In this document: positions 60,508-64,000 of the stretch, piece by piece
Position numbering within the stretch: position 1 is the stretch's first letter
How the letters are laid out: every line of letters starts with the position of its first letter
Notes under the pieces: generated by a model
Told to the model about the DNA's origin: nothing
Databases searched by the model: none
Seen by the model: the letters and a program-made list of their open reading frames with translations, nothing else
Translations under genes and position numbers: made by a program
DNA from: an uncultured delta proteobacterium
GTDB lineage: Bacteria; Desulfobacterota; Desulfobacteria; Desulfobacterales; Desulfosalsimonadaceae
Reading direction: 5' to 3'
Assembly: GCA_963826785.1 (NCBI GenBank)
Contig: CAWGYD010000001.1
Span: forward strand, 544,001-608,000
DNA: 64,000 nt

Positions 60508-61191
60508 TTATCGCACATCCGGATACGCAGCGCGAATGTCTGCCATCGACTGCCCGTCCAGATATCCGGCGATGGCCTTGTCATAGGCTGCGGTGTGGGA
60601 AAAGGCCTTTTTGGCCAGACCGGAGCGCATCTCCAGGGTGGTGCACCCGTTGTTGGCCTTGAGACCGCTGATAATGCCCTCGTAATCGGACGGGTCCACC
60701 ACCGGGGCCGTCCGGATGAAATTCTTGGCCGATGCCCGGATCATGCAGGGCCCGCCGATGTCGATGTTGCCCCGGGCTTCTTCCACGCTCACCCCGGGCC
60801 GGGCCACGGTCTGCTCGAAGGGATATAGATTCACCACCACCATGTCGATGGGTTTGGCGCCGGTGCGTTCGAGGTCCGCCTGGTGGGCCGGATTGTAGGT
60901 TTCGGTGAGCAGGCCCAGGTAGATCTTGAAATCAAGGGTCTTGACCAGCCCCCCCTGGGTTTCGGGCTGTCCGGTGTAGTCGGATACCTGGGTCAGCAGG
61001 GCTTTGGCCTGGTCGCCCAGGATCTGGACCAGCCTGGCATGGGTCCCGCCGGTGGAAAGGATCCGGATATCCGGGTTGATCTGCGCCAGTGCGGGGATGA
61101 ACGTCTCCAGCCCCGCTTTATCCGAAACACTGACCAGAATCGTGTTTACCTTTACCCGGTCGTCGATGGTCTCAACAGTATTCATTCCCAT
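60508..61191 (-). CDS. purH: IMP cyclohydrolase (MGS-like) domain of PurH as a separate gene
   Basis: VSVSDKAGL, STGGT, GGLVKTL, VVVNLYPF, NIDIGGPCMIRASAKN, AFSHTAAYD. Confidence 0.88.
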   Translation of the reverse strand: MGMNTVETIDDRVKVNTILVSVSDKAGLETFIPALAQINPDIRILSTGGTHARLVQILGDQAKALLTQVSDYTGQPETQGGLVKTLDFKIYLGLLTETYNPAHQADLERTGAKPIDMVVVNLYPFEQTVARPGVSVEEARGNIDIGGPCMIRASAKNFIRTAPVVDPSDYEGIISGLKANNGCTTLEMRSGLAKKAFSHTAAYDKAIAGYLDGQSMADIRAAYPDVR

Positions 61192-61301
61192 AATGATCTT
61201 GGCCGTCCGCCGTCATTATCGGCCTGGGCGCTCCTCCTTTCATCTGATAGATGCAGTCCAATGAATTCGTTTTGAAATTTTGAAAAGATGTTCCCTAAAC
61301 G

Positions 61302-61772
61302 TTATCCGGCGAAATAGTCCGGATGCTCCCGGCGGATCGACTGGATCATCTGATCGAGCTGCTGGAGAAAACGGGACCGGTCCTGTTTTTTCAGCGGCGG
61401 CGGCCCGCCCGTGATCTCCCCTGCGCCCCGAAGGTCGGAGAGCAGGTCCCGGATGGCGACGACCTCGCCGATGTTGTCTTCCGTAAATGCCCTGCCGGTC
61501 GGACCCAGCACACGTGCCCCTTTTTCGATGCAGCGGCGCGCCAGGGGAATGTCCGCAGTGATCACGATGTCTTCCAATTCCGCGTGCTGGACAATCCAGT
61601 CGTCGGCCGCATCGAACCCGTTTTTGACCACTTCGAGGGCAATCCGCGGTTCATCCGGGATCCGCATCCTGCAATTCGCCACCAGTGTGACGTGGAGGCG
61701 GTATCGGCCTGCGACGCGGTACACCTCGGGTTTGACCGGGCACGCATCCGCATCTACAAATATGTGCAGCAA
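61302..61772 (-). CDS. YaiI/YqxD (UPF0178) family protein
   Basis: IFVDADACPVK, DAADDWI, VITADIPLA, GGPPP. Confidence 0.92.
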   Translation of the reverse strand: MLHIFVDADACPVKPEVYRVAGRYRLHVTLVANCRMRIPDEPRIALEVVKNGFDAADDWIVQHAELEDIVITADIPLARRCIEKGARVLGPTGRAFTEDNIGEVVAIRDLLSDLRGAGEITGGPPPLKKQDRSRFLQQLDQMIQSIRREHPDYFAG

Positions 61773-61830
61773 ACCAAAGCCCCCATCACCTGGAAATCGA
61801 TCCTGTATTTGCGGATAAGATATTGTGGCA

Positions 61831-62634
61831 TCAATTTTTCGAGACCTCCACCCGCACCCGTTGCAGGAAATCCGTTTCGGTCATCAAATGGAGCTGATCG
61901 AGAAACGCCACCTGGAACGATCCGGGCCCGGCGGCAGATTCCGCAGCCATTTCACCGGCCACCCCCATGAAGGCCATTGCGCTCATGGCCGCAAAAAAGG
62001 GGTCTTCCGCAACGGATGCGCAAGCGCCGATCAACGCCGTTGCCGTGCATCCCATTCCCGTGACCCTGGCCATCAGTGAATCCCCGTTGAGAACCCGCCC
62101 CTGGTTTTCACCGGCGATAATCATGTCCGCTTTGCCGCTGATGCAGATGACGCTGCCGAGTTTCCCATTTAAATATTTCGCCGCCTCATACGCATTTCCG
62201 GTATCAAGTGAACTGTCCACGCCCTTGGTTTTATGCGCAGAAGAGACCAGCGCCAGGATTTCGGAAGCGTTTGCGCGAATGACCGCTGGCGAAGCCAAGG
62301 AAAGCAGGTGGATCGCCGTTGACGTCCGGAAGGGGGTGGCCCCTGCGCCCACGGGATCGAAGATGATCGGTTTTTGCAATTCCCCGGCCTTCTTCATGGC
62401 CACTTCCATGGCTTCGATCCATTTTGCGCTCAATGTGCCGATGTTGATGACCAGTGCATCGGCGATTTCCACCATATCCGCCACTTCATCCACGGCATGG
62501 GCCATGACCGGCGAGGCACCGGCAGCCAGCAGCGCATTGGCCGTATTGTTCATCACCACGTAATTGGTGATGTTGTGCACCAGGGGAGCGCGCTTTCTCA
62601 CCGCCCCAATCGTTTTCCACATCTGTTCTCTCAT
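61831..62634 (-). CDS. thiM: Hydroxyethylthiazole kinase
   Basis: PLVHNITNYVVMNNTANALLA.GASPVM, NIGTL, DPVGAGAT, VTGMGC. Confidence 0.95.
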   Translation of the reverse strand: MREQMWKTIGAVRKRAPLVHNITNYVVMNNTANALLAAGASPVMAHAVDEVADMVEIADALVINIGTLSAKWIEAMEVAMKKAGELQKPIIFDPVGAGATPFRTSTAIHLLSLASPAVIRANASEILALVSSAHKTKGVDSSLDTGNAYEAAKYLNGKLGSVICISGKADMIIAGENQGRVLNGDSLMARVTGMGCTATALIGACASVAEDPFFAAMSAMAFMGVAGEMAAESAAGPGSFQVAFLDQLHLMTETDFLQRVRVEVSKN

Positions 62635-62685
62635 AGGCCTTTAAATATCCTTATCCATTCGAAGCTGTAAAGTTCTTCCGCCCCC

Positions 62686-63501
62686 TCACCCCAGCGCCAC
62701 ATCCAAAATCATCATCACCGAAAAACCGGCCATGGTTGTCATCGTGACCAGATCGATATTGGCTTCCTGCCGCTGGGATTCCGGAATCAATTCTTCCACC
62801 ACAACGAAAATCATCGCTCCGGCGGCAAAACAGAGGGCGTAGGGCAGAATGTTTTGCATGTAAAGCACAAATGCGGCACCTATCACTCCGGCAATGGGTT
62901 CAACCAGGCCGGATGCCTGACCCATGAAAAAACTTCTGGCCCGACCCATCCCTTCTCTTCTAAGGGGCAAAGACACGGCTGCGCCTTCCGGGAAATTCTG
63001 GAGGCCGATTCCGATGGCCAAGGCAATGGCGCCGCCAATCGTCGCAGAAGAAAGGCCGGCCGCCACTGCCCCGAAAGCCACCCCGACCGCAAGACCTTCA
63101 GGAATATTGTGCAGTGTTATGGCAAGTACCAGCAATGTGCTTCGCTGCCAGGAGGTCTTCACGCCCTCGCTTTGTCTCGTGTCCAGACCCGGATGAAGAT
63201 GCGGCAGCAAAAAGTCGGTCAGTCTCATGAAAATACCGCCGCCCATGAATCCGATGGCAGCCGTCAGCCAGGGAACAAGACCGAGCTGCCCGGCCATCTC
63301 AATGCCCGGTGCTAAAAGCGACCAGAAGCTTGCCGCAATCATGACCCCGGCGGCAAAACCGAGCATGGCATCCATGAGCCGGGGGTTGACTTTTCTGGTG
63401 AAAAAGACGAGTGACGCCCCGGCCGCAGTTACTCCCCATGTAAAGAGCGTGGCGATCAGCGCTTGCGTGACCGGACTGAATTGTTCAATGAGATCGACCA
63501 T
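62686..63501 (-). CDS. ZIP-family (GufA/ZupT) divalent metal transporter
   Basis: LGFAAGVMIAASFWSLL, ITLHNIPEGLAVG, GLQNFPEG, AAGAMIFVVVEELIPE. Confidence 0.94.
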   Translation of the reverse strand: MVDLIEQFSPVTQALIATLFTWGVTAAGASLVFFTRKVNPRLMDAMLGFAAGVMIAASFWSLLAPGIEMAGQLGLVPWLTAAIGFMGGGIFMRLTDFLLPHLHPGLDTRQSEGVKTSWQRSTLLVLAITLHNIPEGLAVGVAFGAVAAGLSSATIGGAIALAIGIGLQNFPEGAAVSLPLRREGMGRARSFFMGQASGLVEPIAGVIGAAFVLYMQNILPYALCFAAGAMIFVVVEELIPESQRQEANIDLVTMTTMAGFSVMMILDVALG

Positions 63502-63790
63502 ATGGGATCCATTCCGATTTTATATTGCTCTTCCGATATTTTTCAAGCCTGTTGCGGACTTCTCATTTTCGTATCATTAAAACCTGTCAGTCAAAAGCAG
63601 TATTTCTGCTCAACCGGCCATGACTTTCTCGAGAGGGTCCAAAATTTTAGATGTTTGCCGCCACCACCGCATCAGAACTGAAGGCACTTCCGATGGTAGA
63701 CGGATATGTTTTTGCTCAACAACGCAGTCGGAAGAAAACGAATGAAAAATAAGGTTTACCCATTTTCTGCCGAATCGGCGAAGCAGAAAG

Positions 63791-63814
63791 ACTTGTCAAT
63801 TTTTATTGACAAGT
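63791..63814. promoter_or_regulatory. Perfect palindrome containing back-to-back TTGACA boxes
   Basis: ACTTGTCAAT-TTTT-ATTGACAAGT. Confidence 0.55.
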
Positions 63815-64000
63815 GCCGTGCAAAATTAAACTCTGGATAGCATGTCGGCTTGGGCGATTGCAATGAGCGGCAGAGCCGCCTGGAAACTCACTGGCCCATA
63901 GCGGGATAAGTTTTGGATCAGGGTTTTCCTTGATTAGAAGAAGGTCATCTACTGATATGGCCCTTTATCCACAGCGCAGCGGTGGCAATCATTACCTGAA

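Noticed and set aside
62634..62686. TPP riboswitch before thiM
   Set aside because: The gap is only ~50 bp and has no CUGAGA/TPP consensus.
63577..63672. Minus-strand mini-ORF with in-frame TGA (…EKVMAG-TGA-AEILLL) as a second selenoprotein, or a metal riboswitch before ZIP
   Set aside because: No known fold motif, RBS or convincing SECIS; no yybP-ykoY or NiCo consensus seen.

Overview
64 kb of a GC-rich bacterial chromosome. Gene content (fhs, sigma54 systems, a selenoprotein, palindromic intergenic repeats) suggests an anaerobic Desulfobacterota/deltaproteobacterium; this is inferred from content only. From left to right: (1) an SOS cassette lexA-DUF72-degenerate DinB/ImuB-like gene; (2) csp and RRM genes, carbamoyltransferase + FemAB-like GNAT, a FAD oxidoreductase and an acyltransferase; (3) a sigma54 activator followed by a sigma54-driven cluster (Usp-like, TauE, TIGR02186-like, a PEP-synthase-like dikinase lacking the pyruvate barrel, receiver, 2 Usp, histidine kinase); (4) recQ, small genes, an orphan MntA antitoxin and tmRNA; (5) a LolA-like/FtsX/FtsX/ATPase/OM-barrel operon, smpB, ptsI and ptsH; (6) a 75-aa glutaredoxin-like gene with two in-frame UGA codons that is absent from the ORF track (candidate di-selenoprotein); (7) LOG, an orphan DNA methylase, SpmA/B, pyruvoyl ArgDC + agmatinase and DUF374; (8) an AT-richer islet (PAS-LuxR, M23-SH3, HEAT protein); (9) fhs, an ABC exporter pair, MscS, CNNM, RNB, pyk, split purH, yaiI, thiM and ZIP. 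Many housekeeping genes carry single-base frameshifts, most likely sequencing/consensus errors. No CRISPR array, rRNA, tRNA, integrase or transposase was seen. All family calls are from motif recognition, not database searches.
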